Origin: Plasmodiophora brassicae
Taxonomy: Eukaryota
Assembly: GCA_036867785.1 (NCBI GenBank)
Contig: CP145423.1
Coordinates: forward strand, 1 to 64,000
Direction of reading: 5' to 3'
DNA: 64,000 nucleotides
Positions 26,744-40,398 of this stretch are shown here, one piece after another. Both the position numbers and the translations under genes were made by a program. The notes beneath the pieces were generated by a model, which saw only the letters and a program-made list of their open reading frames with translations, searched no databases and was not told the DNA's origin. Within the stretch, counting starts at the first letter, position 1; each line of letters starts with the position of its first letter.

Positions 26744-29700
26744 ATGCCGGACGAGGCGCTGGGCGCCACGTCGTCGGCAATGGCACAGGTCGTCTACTGG
26801 AAGGTCGTCGATATCGTCAGGTCGGCCTCGGACCTCGACGCCAAAGCCGTACAGGCGAGTCTCGACGATATCGTCAAGATGTATGGCGCGGACGCACATC
26901 TGTTTACCGTTCGTGCGTTCCTGGCGCTGTCCCGCGATATGCCCGACGCCGGCACAACTGGCGGTTCCGACACCATCCACAGCACGTTCCGGCAGTGCCT
27001 GTCGCGTTTCGAATCCTCCCCGCTGTTCGAAGGCATTTTTGTCAACGCGTTCGAGTCGCTGGGCCTGCATGATTCCTTCTTCAGCGAGATGGTCGCGTCG
27101 CTGTCCTTGGACAATAACATTGCCGTCCGGTTAGCACTGGCCCTGAACCGATCCAGCAGAAAGTCTTCCGTTCAACAGGTACGTATCCGTGTAGCATGAC
27201 TGGAATCGTATGGTTGCTCAGTCATTGCTGTAAAGGGTCGCCGGTGGCTGAGCGGGCACCTGGACAAGGTTGCCCATGATAATTCGTTGTCCGAACCTGT
27301 CCTTCACAGCCTAATTGAGTTCACCGCACGGGACTCGTCAGTGCCAGTAAACGTTCGCGATGCAGTCCTGCGAACAATACGGGATCTGTACCCGGAGCGC
27401 CTGACGTCCACTGTCCTGCACCCGGTTCTCTATGACACGTCGTGTACAAATGCGATCGCTAAGGTGCGTTTACGAGCCCTGGCTGTTGTGTAAGTTATCC
27501 TCAACATTTCTGCTCAGAGCCCGGACGCAATCACGATGCCGGACGGGCCTGGATGCCAGCTGCATCTGCTGCTGTCTGATTTGGGTTACAGCGTCTGTGC
27601 CTCGAAGGCGGCCCTATCCGATGTCGTCTCACAGTTTTCGAGTTGTTTGACGGAGAAGGATGTCGCGCTCTGCATTGGCAAGTTCCTGAGGACACATTCC
27701 GGCCTGGTTTGCGAAGACGCGCTGCCCAATGTACTCTCAATGGTCGTGCGAAAGAACTGGGAAACAACGGCGGCTGCCGTTGCACCGGCTAGCGATGCGA
27801 ACGCGGCTAGCGCTTCGACATGGGACGTTGGAGTATTCGTCGACGTCGTTTCGTCCTTGTGCCCGTCAATTAAGTGGCCAGCCGTGTTTGACAACCTCGA
27901 CCAGCCCGACTTCATTGTAAAAGATCAGAAGGCGCTGGACGTTCTCCTCGAGGTCCACCGATGCGCGCAACCTGGTCAGCCGTTTCCCCTTAACATCCTC
28001 TTCAAGCCGTGGAAGAATCGCATGGGCCATTTGTCGCTGGTTCGCATGGCCATTGGATGCCTTGTTATTGATTTCAGTCTATCCGAGCACGTCGTCCGCC
28101 CCATTCCGGGTGTGGCGATCGCCAAGGGCGGGTACGGCATGGCCAACAACAGCTGGGCGTCTGTCGATCTCGTCCGGGCTCTTGTCGATCTGGTACGTTT
28201 GTTCCTAGGTCCGATTTCCAGCTGTTACTGAAGCTGAGCGCGCGCAGGGCGAATCGGACCTGTATGGCGCTGTTCGGGCATTGTTCAACTCCCCTCTCGA
28301 GAATGCACCTGACCTTCTGCTGTGCACGCTGGCACAAGTTCGCGTCCAGAACAGCACGTTGAAGAACGAGCTGCTGGACATTGTCATGAGCAGGTACCTT
28401 CGTCATCACCCGTCGTCGGGTGCCGTACTGCAGCGCGTCTGGGCCGATGACCCGTCCATAATCGTGTCCTGGATGGTGCGCGTCTATCTTGACGACCGGT
28501 CATTTCTGACGCGCATCCTGGACATTGCCCAAGACTTGAAGGACGCGCTGACGGTCATCCTCGAGGCACAGCCTTTCCAGTTTGCCATCGACCTCGCCAT
28601 CCTGGCATCCAGGCGGGATTTCCTCAACCTCGACAAGTGGCTTCAGCTGCGACTCGTGGAGCACGGCAACTCGTTCGCGACCGCGTGCCTGGATTATGTT
28701 GCGTCCGCCATCACATCCCATGTAGGGAATCGTTGCCTGCGTTTCGCGTACGCTGCCTAACACTGCCCTGCAGTCCCATTCGCCTGTGCCCATGACCGTC
28801 GAGCTGGCAACTTCGTTCATTTCGGGTCTACGGGCGAACGCATCGATTTTGTCCTCGGAGAATGCGGCACGATATGCGGAGCTGGCGCAGCTGCTCGCGC
28901 AGTCGGCGCCTGCGCAAACGCCGCATGTGACCATGCCGTCGGCGACGAACGCGATCGCGGCGCAGGCAATGGGCGCTGCGGCGCAGGCAATGGGCGCTGC
29001 GGCGCAGGCAATGGGCGGTGCGGCACAGCCGGACAAGATCGAGGAAGAGGCCAATGCCTACTTCCAGAAGATCTATGACGGCAAGATGTCGAACGACGAA
29101 GTCATTAGCATGCTGGTATGGTCGACGACCGGCGACCTGTGCGATACCGACCGTATTGATCGATGTCCGCTGTCAGATGGCGTTCAAATCCTCCACCTCG
29201 TCCCGTCGGGAGAATGAAATCTATGCCTGCATGATCCATAATCTATTCGATGAGTTCCGCTTCTTCCACAAGTACCCGGACAAGGAGCTTCGCATTACTG
29301 CTGTCCTATTTGGGACACTGATTAAGCACGAATTGACGGGCCGCTATGATATGGACACGGCGCTGCGATATATTGTCGATGGTCTATCGTCGCCACCGGG
29401 TTCGAAGCTGCACAACTTTGGCCTGTGGGCGATCGAGGAGTTTAAGGAGCGTCTACCGGAGTGGCCAGAGTTCGCGGCCACCGTTGCTGACGTGCCGTCG
29501 CTCGCTGACCAGACCGAACTCATGTCGTACCTTCGTGGTATTGTACATCCGTCGGTACCGCCGCCTGTCGCTCCTGTGAGTAGCAATCGTGTCGGGCTTG
29601 GATTCGAAGGCTAATTCCCGTGTTTAGACTTCCACTTCAGCTGCGCCAGTTGCACGAGTTTCTGCAACGCCTGTGACCGCCCCAGTGCCATCTGGCCCCG

Positions 29701-32700
29701 CAGCAACGATGGGGCTTCGGGTGGGATCTTCGGTTAATATCGACGTTCTTCTGGAGTCCAAAGGATTCGTTCTTTGGTCGTCGCTGCCCGCTGACATTGC
29801 GGATCGTCTGTCTTTCATTGTCAACAATGTCGACATTCAGAATATGTCCGCCAAAGCTGACGAACTGCGATCGCTGCTCACTCCTGACCGTTTCGGGCCG
29901 TTCGCTCATTACATTGTCGTCAAGCGCGTAACAACAGAGGCGAACTTCATCAAGACCTACGTCGGGTTCCTTGATACGGTACGTCCCCCGCGCATCACAT
30001 GAGGTCCTATTGTCGCTGATTGCGTCGCGAATAATAGCTGAAAGTGCCCGCGCTAACACGCGTTATTCTGCTGTACACCTACGAAGCTATCAACATTCTG
30101 ATCCAGTCGGAAACAATTGTGTCGTTGTCGCAGGAGCGGTCTCTGCTAAAGAACCTTGGTTCGTGGCTGGGTATGCTGACCATCAAGAAGAACGTTCCGC
30201 CGCTGGCGCGGTATCTCAAGTTCCCCAATATTATCCTCGACGCATACAATCAAGGGCGTCTGATCGCCGTTGTCCCTTTCGTCGCCAAGGTTCTGGAGCA
30301 TTGCCCGGAATCGCGCGTGTTCCGACCGCCGAACCCTTGGCTGATGTCGCTCGTCTCCATGCTGGCGGAGATCTACAATGTCTCTGACTTGAAACTTAAC
30401 CTCAAGTTCGAGATCGAGGTCCTGCTGAACAAACTCGGCATCACACTGTCCGATGTCGTTATCCGCAAGAACTTGCCGATTGTCAACCAGGTACGCTGCT
30501 ACCTTATCCTATATCGTTTGACGGGGTCACCAATTGACGGCTGCACAGGCTTCGAACCCCAACTTCCGCAACCCGCGGGAGTCTCACGAACTAGTGTCGT
30601 CAGTACCGTCAATGCAGAACGCGTTCCGAGTTGCAGGCGACGCAGTGCCATCCCGTATAACGTCGGTCCCGTTCCCAGGAACTGGGCCGACACCGGGGTC
30701 GACTGCGGCCGCCCCTGGCGACGAATCGGGCGTTTACGTCACCATCAACCCGAACCTGGCGCTGTTCACTGCCAACCCGCGGCTGAAGGCCTGCGTCACG
30801 ATGGCTGTCGACCGCGCCATCAACGAGATCATATCGCCTGTCGTCGAACGCTCCGTTCACATTGCCTGTATTACGACGCGTGAGCTCGTATGCAAGGTGC
30901 TCGCCGCGTCAATGCTGCATGTGTGCTTGTGGCTGACGATGTAATGTAGGACTTCGAAATGGAGGCGGACGAGCACCGGCTGCGGAAAGCCGCCCATGCC
31001 ATGGTGCAGACGCTGACGTGCGCGCTGGCCCTTGTGACGTGCAAGGAACCGCTCCGACTGTCCATCTCGAATCACCTGCGATCGTTGCTTGTGGCAAACA
31101 ATGCCGATCCGTCCTTGGCCGAGCAAGCCGTGCAGCAGGTGTCGGGTGACAATCTTGATTTCGGATGTTCCATCATTGAGAAGGCCGCGTCGGAACGTGC
31201 CGTTCGCCAGATCGACGAGACGCTGCAAGTCGAGTACGAATTGCATCGCAAGGCGCGTGAGCACAAGCAGACGTATGCCGATCTCGCGTTCCCGCAAGGG
31301 CGCATGTCTCGATACCCGTCGTCCGTCCCTGAGGCGCTTCGTCCACGTCCGGGTATGTCTGCTGCCCAGCTGCAGGTCTACGACGACTTCTCAGCGGTCC
31401 GTGCGGCCGTTCATGCGGCGACCTCGGCGATGGGTGCTGTTGGTGCTAGTTCCGGCGCGTCGTCGTCGTCTACTGTCCAGTCGACGTTGGACCAGCTGGC
31501 GTCCCTGCTGACGCAGATGCACGCCGCTGCTGCAACATGCACATCGCTGGGCGACGACCCGAACATCCGGGCCATGCTGAACTCCATCCAGATCATCCTT
31601 GGGGCATCTCTGGACCACGAGGAAGTCGCGCTCCATTTCACCAAGAATGTTTTTGCTTTGTACGCCGCACCGAACAACACGCCCATCTTCATCGAACTCT
31701 ATCTTGCCGTCCTCAAGGTTTGTGGTTTGCTGCGATATGCTGCAGTGACATTGTCATTTGACTGGTTCGACCGTTGCTAGGTGACTTGCCATACGGTGCC
31801 ATCTGGCGTCAAGCTGGTCACGTTGTGCGCCATCAGCGCGGATGCCCAGTCGCCCGGTCCATCGCTGTTCACGCTGAACGTGACGCTCATGCGTGGGCTT
31901 CTGCGGGATGGTCTTTGCCTAACGTCACAGCTCGACGCGCATTACGCGTCCCAGTTCGCGTCGTCCGTATCTGCCCTGTCCATTCAGCGCATCGCGGCCC
32001 TGACCGCATTGCTGCAAACGTTCATTGTCCATGAACGTGTCGTATCGGCTGTCGAGTTCCCGGCGACGCTCGACCTGCTATCACGGGTGAGCGATACATG
32101 TCGTCTCGCCGAGGGTACTGCGTGGTCTCTGACGCGATCTGTTTCCAGGTCTGCACTCCGCTGTCGAACATGAAGCCTGCGTTGCGGGACACGATCGTCG
32201 CCATGTTGGCTGCCATTGAAGCACTGCACAGCGCTCCTGAATCGCCGTCCGAAGCCGCTGGACAGGCGGCCGTTCCCGGGGATTCGCGCGAACAGTACGC
32301 TGTGCTGTTTAACAAGTGGATGTCGATCTGCCTATCGCAGTCGACCAGTCTCGACGATGCGTTCCATCCCTATCTTGGGCTGCTCAAGTCGCAACGCGTC
32401 CTCCAGAGCGAGGCGACTGTGGAAGAGTTCTGCCGAGTTGTCACCCTGATTGCCATCGAATCGGCGATCGCCCAGCCCGAACTTACGTTCCGGTCGATTG
32501 ACGGGTTCTGCAAACTGATTGTCTGTCTCGTGAAGGTGTGTTTTCGACCCGGCGTCCCCTGCTTGTCCACTGCTGAACCTGAGTGCAATGCCGCAGGTGC
32601 TCTCCCCGCAAGGCGCGGTGTTTGTGTCAAAGATGGGGCTGCTGACGACGACCCTGAACGTTGTCGCCGATGTTCTGACTCGCGATTTCGAACGCGACCC

Positions 32701-34086
32701 AGAGGCGTTCAACCAGCGGCCGTACTTCAGGCTGATCGTCAACCTGCTGCAGGATCTGAATGCGAACGACCCGGAGCTGGACACTATCTCGGCGCAGATC
32801 CTGGCTGCGTTCGCGAAAATGTTCCACGATATGCGCCCGGTCGTCGTACCGGCATTCGCGCTGGCCTGGCTCGAGCTCATCTCGCATCGCACGTTCATGC
32901 CCAGACTGCTGCAGTCGAAATCGCACCAGCTGATGGGGATCTTCAAGTCGCTACTGGTCGATCTTCTCTCGTTCCTGCAGGTCCGCGTCTCTCGGTCGTC
33001 CTGTTCTCTGGTTCGTCTCACTGACGGTGTCGCTGAAGGTGTATTTGCGATCCGCCCATTTAACGGATTCCGTCCGCCTTCTCTATAAGGGTACGCTTCG
33101 CGTTCTTCTCGTCTTGCTGCACGACTTCCCCGAGTTCCTCTGCTCGTACCACTTCTCCTTCTGCGATGTCATCCCGCCGTCGTGCATCCAGATGCGGAAC
33201 TTGATTCTGTCGGCGTTCCCGCGCCACATGCGCCTGCCGGATCCGTTCTTGCCCAACCTGAAGGTTCATCGCCCGTCCCTCGACCGTCTGCGTCATCCGT
33301 CTGGATGCTAACCGTTTGGGTGTCGCAGGTGGACAACTTGCCCGAGGTCAAGGAGCCGCCCATCATTCTGTCGGACGTGTGCGCGGCCTTGGTGCAATCT
33401 TCGTTGCTGTCCGAAATCGACGCGTTCATGTCCGCCATGCCTGGCCAGCGCGACCCGTCGTTCTTCGCCGACCTGCACGCCAAGATGCTTCGCCCAGCGC
33501 ACGAGATCGCAGCGGCTGGCACCATCTACAACGTCCCCGTCATCAACGCCGTCGTCCTGTACGTCGGCCAGAAGGCCATCATGGGCGCCTCCGAGCCGAA
33601 CAGCGCCGCCATGGAGATCTTCCAGACGCTGGTGACACAGCTGGACGAAGAGGGCCGGTACTATTTGCTGAACGCGATCGCCAACCAGCTGCGATACCCG
33701 AACAACCACACGCACTACTTCAGCGTCGTCCTTCTGTTCCTGTTCGTCGACGCCACCGCCGACGTCATCCAGGAGCAGATCACGCGCGTCCTGCTCGAAC
33801 GGCTGATCGTGCACCGGCCGCACCCGTGGGGCCTGCTCATCACGTTCATCGAGCTGATCAAGAACCCGGCCTACAAGTTCTGGAACCACGAGTTCACGCG
33901 ATGCGCCCCCGAGATTCAAAGGTACGCGCGATGATGCGGGTCCCGGGTCTCCCCATGCGCTGACAATGAATGTGTGTGTGGCCGCCCAGGCTGTTCCAGT
34001 CTGTCGCCCGCAGCTGCATGCCGACAGCGCCGGGCGTCAACGCTGGGCCGTCTGCGGACGATCCCGTCGTGGACTCGGCGTCCTGA
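26744..34086 (+). CDS. NOT1: CCR4-NOT scaffold subunit NOT1 (multi-exon)
   Basis: Motifs include [91 protein letters not shown] and [24 protein letters not shown]. The last exon ends with TGA at 34084-34086. Confidence 0.97.
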
Positions 34087-34723
34087 TCGGCGTCCCCTCC
34101 CTGCACAGTGCGACCTGCTCGATGGACGTTGACGGTGCGCACCTCGTGGCGTGCCCAGCATTACATGACCGGTTGCGTTTGTTTATTGTGTCAGCAGCGG
34201 ACGGGTCGGATGGCGTCGTCTTGCGCCGCTGCGTTGCGGTCGTCGTCGTCGCCGGCCTTCGCGTCGTCGTTCGGGGCGCCGTGTCCTGTCGGTCTGCTGC
34301 TGCTGCGTCGGGCAGTGTCGTTGGCAATGCGGAGCAGGGCGTCGACCTCGTCGGCGTTGAGGACGGCCGCCCACTGGCTGGGCGTCCAGAGCCCTTGTCT
34401 GCCGGCCATTCCTGTGCGGTTGACGCGACGCGCCCGGCACGCGTACTCCTTTGTGTGTGTGCCCCGATGCTGACTCACTCTTGGTTGGGTCTGTTGCCCG
34501 CCACGCGCCGCCCCCATGACTCGTCCTTGGTCGTTACGGTCCCGTCTGTGCACGCCCGCTGGACCCCAGGCGCGTCGCGCGACTCTGACCCTGTGCTAGC
34601 TTAGGGCACACGTGCGCCCGACCATCAGGATTGTACATTCGTTCGGGGCCATCTCGACACGGAGGTTGGTGCCGCGACCAGTATCGATTGTTCAGACGGC
34701 AGCCGGGCCGCGCCCGACTAAGC

Positions 34724-35584
34724 CTAGCCCGGCATCGCCTGGATCAGAATCGCGGCAGTGAGGACGGCCGTCGTGTAGACGAAGAACACGGCTTCGGCGG
34801 TCGCCATTGTGCACCTCTTCACCATGGCCATCATGGTCAGGTTCGTTGCCGAATGCAACGGGATCGTCAGGATCGCAAAGTAGGGCGAACGCGCGATCAG
34901 GAGCGTCATCGCGATGTGGAACGACGTTGCCGAGACGCGCTCCAGGGCGCCCAGGCACATGGCGGCCGGGCTGGGGTCCAGCGCGTTCCGCATGGCCTCG
35001 TCGCCCATGACGTCGGTGAGTCTCGCCCGTGCCTCGTCGCCCTTGGCGTCGGTCCGCGACAGGAGCCGCTGCGCCACGACGCCTTGTACGATGCTGAACA
35101 CGATCTCGACAGCACTCCATCCGATGCCAATGGAAGCCGCCCGCCGGAACGTGGTGGCCCCCGGGACGACGTAGACGAGTACGCAGCGGGCAACCTCTTC
35201 AGCGGGACCGGACATCGCAGGCATGAGGAGCGTGGACGCGCGCCGATCACCAACCCGAAGGCGCTTCAGTAGCAGGCCGACGGGTACCCTGGCCAGCAGG
35301 GCAATGTACCTGGCGGGTCACAGCAACGGCGCGGGTGTCAGCGTGGGCCCCGACGTGGCGGCTGTTGCCCGATGTACATACCATCCCAGGGCGCCGTACC
35401 CGAACATGCCCACGCTGAATGGCAGCCCAGCCAGCTGAAACGCCACCGCGTACAGGACGGGGATACCCAGCACCAGCAGGGTTACGCCGATCCGCCAGTG
35501 CACTGACGCCGCCGCCACAGAGCCGCCAGCAGCCTGCTGCGGTTCGGGTAGGTCGGCGGGTTCGTGTTCGCCGGGAGGCCCCAT
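34724..35584 (-). CDS. YhfC-family (PrsW/CPBP-like glutamic-type) intramembrane protease, 2 exons
   Basis: Splicing a GT-AG intron at 35310-35381 gives FGYGALGW/YIALLARVP...SGPAEEVAR...SIGIGWSAVE...ERVSATSFHIAMTLL...IPLHSATN. This has the EExxR, E, H and HxxxN motifs and multiple TM helices. Confidence 0.8.
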
Positions 35585-36072
35585 CGCCGAGGGGGACGGA
35601 GAGGCGGGCGCACACACGACCCGCTCTGGTCGTCGTCACACACTGGCTTAGGGTGCACAGACGAGAATCTGCCGCCCATTCGATATCTTGTCCCATCTCG
35701 TGCCTCACTGTGGGCCCGTGAATTCGGGCGCTTCCGGGCCACAGCAGCGGAACGTCCGCCCCCGACGCACGACGCCCAACCGGAACGCGCGACGTTCGGG
35801 ACCGTTGCAGGAATTATCGGGAACCTGGACGGGCAGCAGTGGCCGTGGCCGTTGGCCCGGTCTGTTGTTGTACCCGTGGTGCTGCCGGCCGATGTCGGCC
35901 AGACCGATCATCAGCGCCCAGCCCTCGTTTTGGTGGTGGCGGTGGTGGTGCGCGCGGCGCGTTCCGGAGCGGCGTACGGCATTTCGCGAACGTCGTCGGT
36001 GGCTTCGAGCGAGCGCGAGCGTGGGAGAGACCGGCGTGCGTGCGTGCTGCAAGTGGCAAGCGCCGCCCGACC

Positions 36073-37242
36073 ATGGTCAACGTCAAGCTGAAGACGCTGG
36101 CCAATAAGACGTACGATGTCACGCTGCAGGATGACCAGACGGTAGGCGGGTGTGCGCGGTCCAGGCCCCCCCCTGGTGGTCGTCGTCGCTGTGGCTGACG
36201 GGCCGTCCCCGACCAGGTCGCGTCGTTGAAGACGTACATCCACGAGGAGATCGGCCTCGGCGAGCCCGACCTGATTAAGCTCATACATACCGGCAAGGTC
36301 CTGAAGGACGACCAGACGGTGTCGGGCGCCGGCATCAAGGACGGCACCTTCATTGTCGTTATGGTCGGTGACGCGCGCGCGCGCTTCCGCATGCCGCCTG
36401 TCGCGTGCTGACCGTATTGGCAGGTGTCGAAGAAGAAGGAACAGGCAGCTGCGCCTGCACCTGCTGCTGCTCCAGCACCCGCACCTGCACCCGCACCTGC
36501 TCCCGTACCGTCGCCGGCGTCTGCCGCCGCGCCTTCTCCAGCGGCGCCGTCATCCGCGCCGGCCCCGTCGGCCGACTCGGGCCTGGTTCGCGGCGCCGCC
36601 TACGAGACCGCCGTCGAATCGCTGATATCGATGGGGTTCGAACGCGACCTGGTCGTCCGCGCCATGCAGGCCAGCTATAACAACCCGGACCGCGCCGCCG
36701 AGTACCTGTTCAGCGGCAACGTTCCTGCTGGGCCCGCCCAGGGACAGGGACAGCAGCAGCAGCAGCAGCAGCAAGGCGCCCAGGACGACCAGCAGGAGCA
36801 GGGGCACGGGGCGGATGCGGGCGGCGGCCCAGGCGGACCGGTGGCCGTCGACCTGGCCGCCCTGCAGCAGCTGCTGCAGGAGCGCCCCGAAGTGCTGGAC
36901 GCGCTCATCAACCAGATCGCGGCGTCGAACCCGGCGCTGATGCAGGTGATCGGGCAGAACCGGCAGGCGTTCGCCCAGCTGCTGCAGAACCCGGCCGTCC
37001 TGGGCCAGGTCCTGCAGGCGGCCGGCCTGGGGTCCGTCCAGGGCGACCCCCAGGCCATGCAGGAGAACGTCATCGAGGTGTCGCAGGCGGACCGCGAGGC
37101 GATCGCGCGGCTCGAGGCGCTCGGGTTCTCCCGGGACCAGGTCCTCGAGGCGTACCTCGCCTGCGATCGCAACGAGGAGATCGCCGCCAACTACCTGTTC
37201 GAGAACGGCGCCGACGCCGACCTGATGGACAACGACCAGTAG
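36073..37242 (+). CDS. RAD23: UV excision repair / proteasome shuttle RAD23 (UBL-UBA-STI1-UBA), 3 exons
   Basis: UBL MVNVKLKTL...LIHTGKVLKDD, UBA1 MGFERDLVVRAMQASYNNPDRAAEYL, and UBA2 AIARLEALGF...EAYLACDRNEEIAANYL. Introns are at 36142-36216 and 36364-36423. Confidence 0.96.
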
Positions 37243-37363
37243 TGGACCGGCGGCGGCCCCTGGTGGGCCGACCTGTCCCGCTCGCTCGTCGCTGGACTGT
37301 CGTCCCCGCTGGAACACACACACACGTACACACACACAGAGATAGCGGAATGAACCTGGGGAT

Positions 37364-37807
37364 TTAGCGTTTCGGTGAGGCGGCGACGAACTCGATCTCG
37401 GGGTTGTCGATGCAGAGCTCGACGAGCGGCTGCCAGTCGGTGTCGTTGCCGAGCTTGACGGATTTGTGGAAGGCGGGCGTCGCCGCCTTGTACTGCTTCA
37501 GGTGGTACAGGCTGAACGCCAGCAGGTGCTGCGCCTCGCGCTGCGTCTTGCTCGTCCGCAGGCAGTAGGTGAGGCCGTCCACCACCAGGTGGTACTCCTT
37601 CGTCTTGTACAGGCCGCGACACGCGTACAGCCAGCTGAACGCGTCCCGCGGCGCCATCCCCGTCCGCTCCAGCAGGACGGCGCGCACGTCGCGTTGCCCC
37701 TGCCGCTCGTCCGGGTCGCCGTCCTGCTTGCCGCTGCCCTCGTCCAGCGGTTCCTTCAGCGTCGGCACGACCGGCGCCGCCGCTTCCGCTGCCGCTGGCT
37801 CCGACAT
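37364..37807 (-). CDS. Small TPR-like protein
   Basis: Clean ATG ORF of about 147 aa. The helix pair EAQHLLAFSLYHLKQYKAATPAFHKSVKLG is TPR-like. Confidence 0.7.
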   Translation of the reverse strand: MSEPAAAEAAAPVVPTLKEPLDEGSGKQDGDPDERQGQRDVRAVLLERTGMAPRDAFSWLYACRGLYKTKEYHLVVDGLTYCLRTSKTQREAQHLLAFSLYHLKQYKAATPAFHKSVKLGNDTDWQPLVELCIDNPEIEFVAASPKR

Positions 37808-38127
37808 CAATGTCGGTCGTCCTCCGGGCGTACGCCCCCCGGGCGATCGATCGATCCTGTGGTATTAGACGCAGGACGGGGCCAGCGGACTCGGGTCAGT
37901 GGACTCACGCGCGCCCGCCTGGGATTCGCTTGCCCGTCGACACTGGAGCGGATGAGTCACACGGGGCGGGCAGCGTGACGCCACAGGGCCCGCCCCCTGC
38001 GGCGACGACGATATCGCTAGGCGAGGCCAGCGTCCCCTCATTCTGCAATATTATCGATAGTTCGCCAACCTCGACCAACGCCTCGTCCCTCTTCTGCACC
38101 TATTCGGCACGGACGCCCCGCTCTACA

Positions 38128-38584
38128 ATGAAGGTCACGCTGGCATCTGCCCTGCTTGCTGTCATGCTCGCCCTGGCATACGCCGGCGACACGGTCGTCG
38201 AGTACGTCAACGCGTATCGTGCCCGCCTCGCGCCTTGTACTGACCCTGGTGCGCCCTGGCAGTGTTCAGCACGGCGACGGTCACGTTGACAACCGGCGCG
38301 ACGTGAGGGAGTGGGACGGCGAGCACGAGCACGGCGACCACGAGCACGGGCACGGCGACCACGGGCACGGGCACGACGGGCACGAGGGGCACGACCACGA
38401 CGGGCACCTGCACGACGACTTCCTGCACGGCGTCGAGGGGTTCCGCGACATGCACGACTTCACCGAGCACGACGGGCACCACGAGCACCCGCACAGCATG
38501 GCCGGGCCGCACAACCACGACCACGCCGACCAGTTCGTCGACCACCACTACGACGAGCACCACCACGGCCACGACCACCACTAG
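38128..38584 (+). CDS. Secreted His/Asp/Gly-rich protein A (2 exons)
   Basis: Signal peptide MKVTLASALLAVMLALAYAG. An intron at 38202-38262 joins in frame to VQHGDGH...HEHGDHEHGHGDHGHGHD...HHHGHDHH*. Confidence 0.85.
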
Positions 38585-38739
38585 GCTGGCGTCCGCTCAC
38601 TAAGTAAACTCGACCGCGCGCGCGGTCTCCACACGACATCCCGACGCGTCTGAACAGGGCGGCGCGCTGGGCCCGGCTCACAGCAACGAACGTATACCGA
38701 GACAACCTGTAGGGCGGGTGCTGGGCGCGCCCGCCCGCT

Positions 38740-40101
38740 CTACAGCAGGACGAAATCGTCGTCGTCGGTCTCCTGCTCGGCCTGGGTGTCGGACGCCGGG
38801 CGATGCCAGACGGGCGCCCGATCGCCAATGTCGAACCCGGTCGGGGATTTCATCTGCGCCGACCACGGCCGTCACGATGGATGCGATCGGCGCGCGCGGC
38901 GGTGCCGACTTACGCCTTGCAGTCGACGCCACATGTCGTTGAGCGAGTCGGCGGAAGCAACGTAGAACCCTAGGATGGCAAACGACGACGCGCGACAGGC
39001 GGTCGGTCAGCAGGCAGCGGTGCCGCGCGCCGAGTCGCGTCGACGTACCAAGCGCCAGGCACGGATCCAGCTGGTCGATCATCATGGTGCGGCACTCCCG
39101 GCAACAGAACGTGGACACCTGTGGACGGGGCACACACGCGTCGTCAGCACACGCGCGCGGCGCCGGCGCCGGTGCTGAAACGCACGCTCTCGTCGGCGGA
39201 CGTCACGTCGCCGACATGGTCGTGGATGGTGTGCGGGTCCAGGTACAGCAGCTTGCGGCCCTGGAACCCGACAAAGTACAGGGACGATCGCGGCCGGCCA
39301 CCCTATCGCACACTCAGCAAACGTCGGCCCGGTCAGCGCGGCGACACGCATGCGACGAACAATGAAGCCGAGGGACTGCGGCAGCGTCATCATCTGCAGC
39401 AGCGACTCCATGTAGATCGGGTTCAGGTCGTCCAGACCGAGGCGCAGCGGCACGAGGACGACGACCGGCCGCCAGCCGTCGTGCGGTTCGCCCTCTCCGC
39501 GCGCCGCCTCCTCCACATCGCTCCGGAACAGACCTACGCCCGCAACGGTTGGTCAGTGGTCCGGCGTTGTCGCAGGACGCGACCGCGACGTACCGTCGGA
39601 GCACACGACGCTGGCGAGGTCGCCCTGGGCCGCCCTGCAGCAGGCGTGCATCATGCGGCAGACCTCCAGCGGGCCGAACCACTGGTCGGGCGCCTTCTGC
39701 TTGTCGGGGCACGCGTCGACGAGTCGATGGATGGAGAAGGGCGCCGCGGGCGTATCCAGGAACATGCCGATGACGCGGCGCCGGTCGGCGCCATGGCGCT
39801 GCAGGGCGCGCGCCAGCATCATCTGCCCGGTCCGGATCATGCAGCCCCAGCCCGCGTCCGACGTCGTCCGGGACGGTGGCGGGAGCGGCGGGAACCCCCG
39901 GCGATACGTCAGCCAGATCAGGTCCTGGACGTGGGCCCGCGCGTCCGCCACCGCCACGGCGCCCGCTGCGCCCATCATCACGACGCCGCCGTCGGCGTCG
40001 TCGAGGTCAGCGGCCTGGCCCACGCGGAAGTACGACCGCAGGCCGGACACGACACGGTTGAACGCGGGCGATGCGGCACCCATCCAGTCACCGGTCCACA
40101 T
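38740..40101 (-). CDS. ATG4: Autophagy cysteine protease ATG4 (peptidase C54), multi-exon
   Basis: IWLTYRRGF...TSDAGWGCMIRTGQMMLA, PFSIH, WFGP, LVPLRLG...QSLGFI and LYLDPH motifs. It ends with the LIR-like tail ETDDDDFVLL*. The start is at 40101 or 40083. Confidence 0.95.
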
Positions 40102-40188
40102 TCGGCCGCCGCCGCATTCCCCAACAGACGCACCGCCCAAGCCGGTCCGTCAGGCACCAGCGCCCCCCGCCCGCTCGACGCAGTCGCC

Positions 40189-40398
40189 GACGCACTGTGC
40201 AACTGCAATGTCTGCACGCCGCCCGACGCACTCTGCAACTGCAATGTCTGCACGTCGCCCGACGCACGGTGCAACTGCAATGTCTGCACGTCGCCCGACG
40301 CACAGGGGAACTGCAGTGTCTGCACGTCGCCCGACGCACTGTGCAACTGCAAGCTGCACGCCGCCGTCGCACTGTGCAACTGCAATCTGCACGCGGCC
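40189..40398. repeat. 36-bp minisatellite, 4 full plus about 2 degenerate copies
   Basis: Unit gacgcactgtgcaactgcaatgtctgcacgtcgccc starting at 40189, 40225, 40261, 40297 and 40333. Confidence 0.95.

Noticed and set aside
28958-29025. 21-bp repeat (AAQAMGA) in NOT1
   Set aside because: It is an ordinary low-complexity linker expansion.
40189-40398. 36-bp repeats as a CRISPR array
   Set aside because: The units are contiguous with no unique spacers, there are no cas genes, and the context is eukaryotic.
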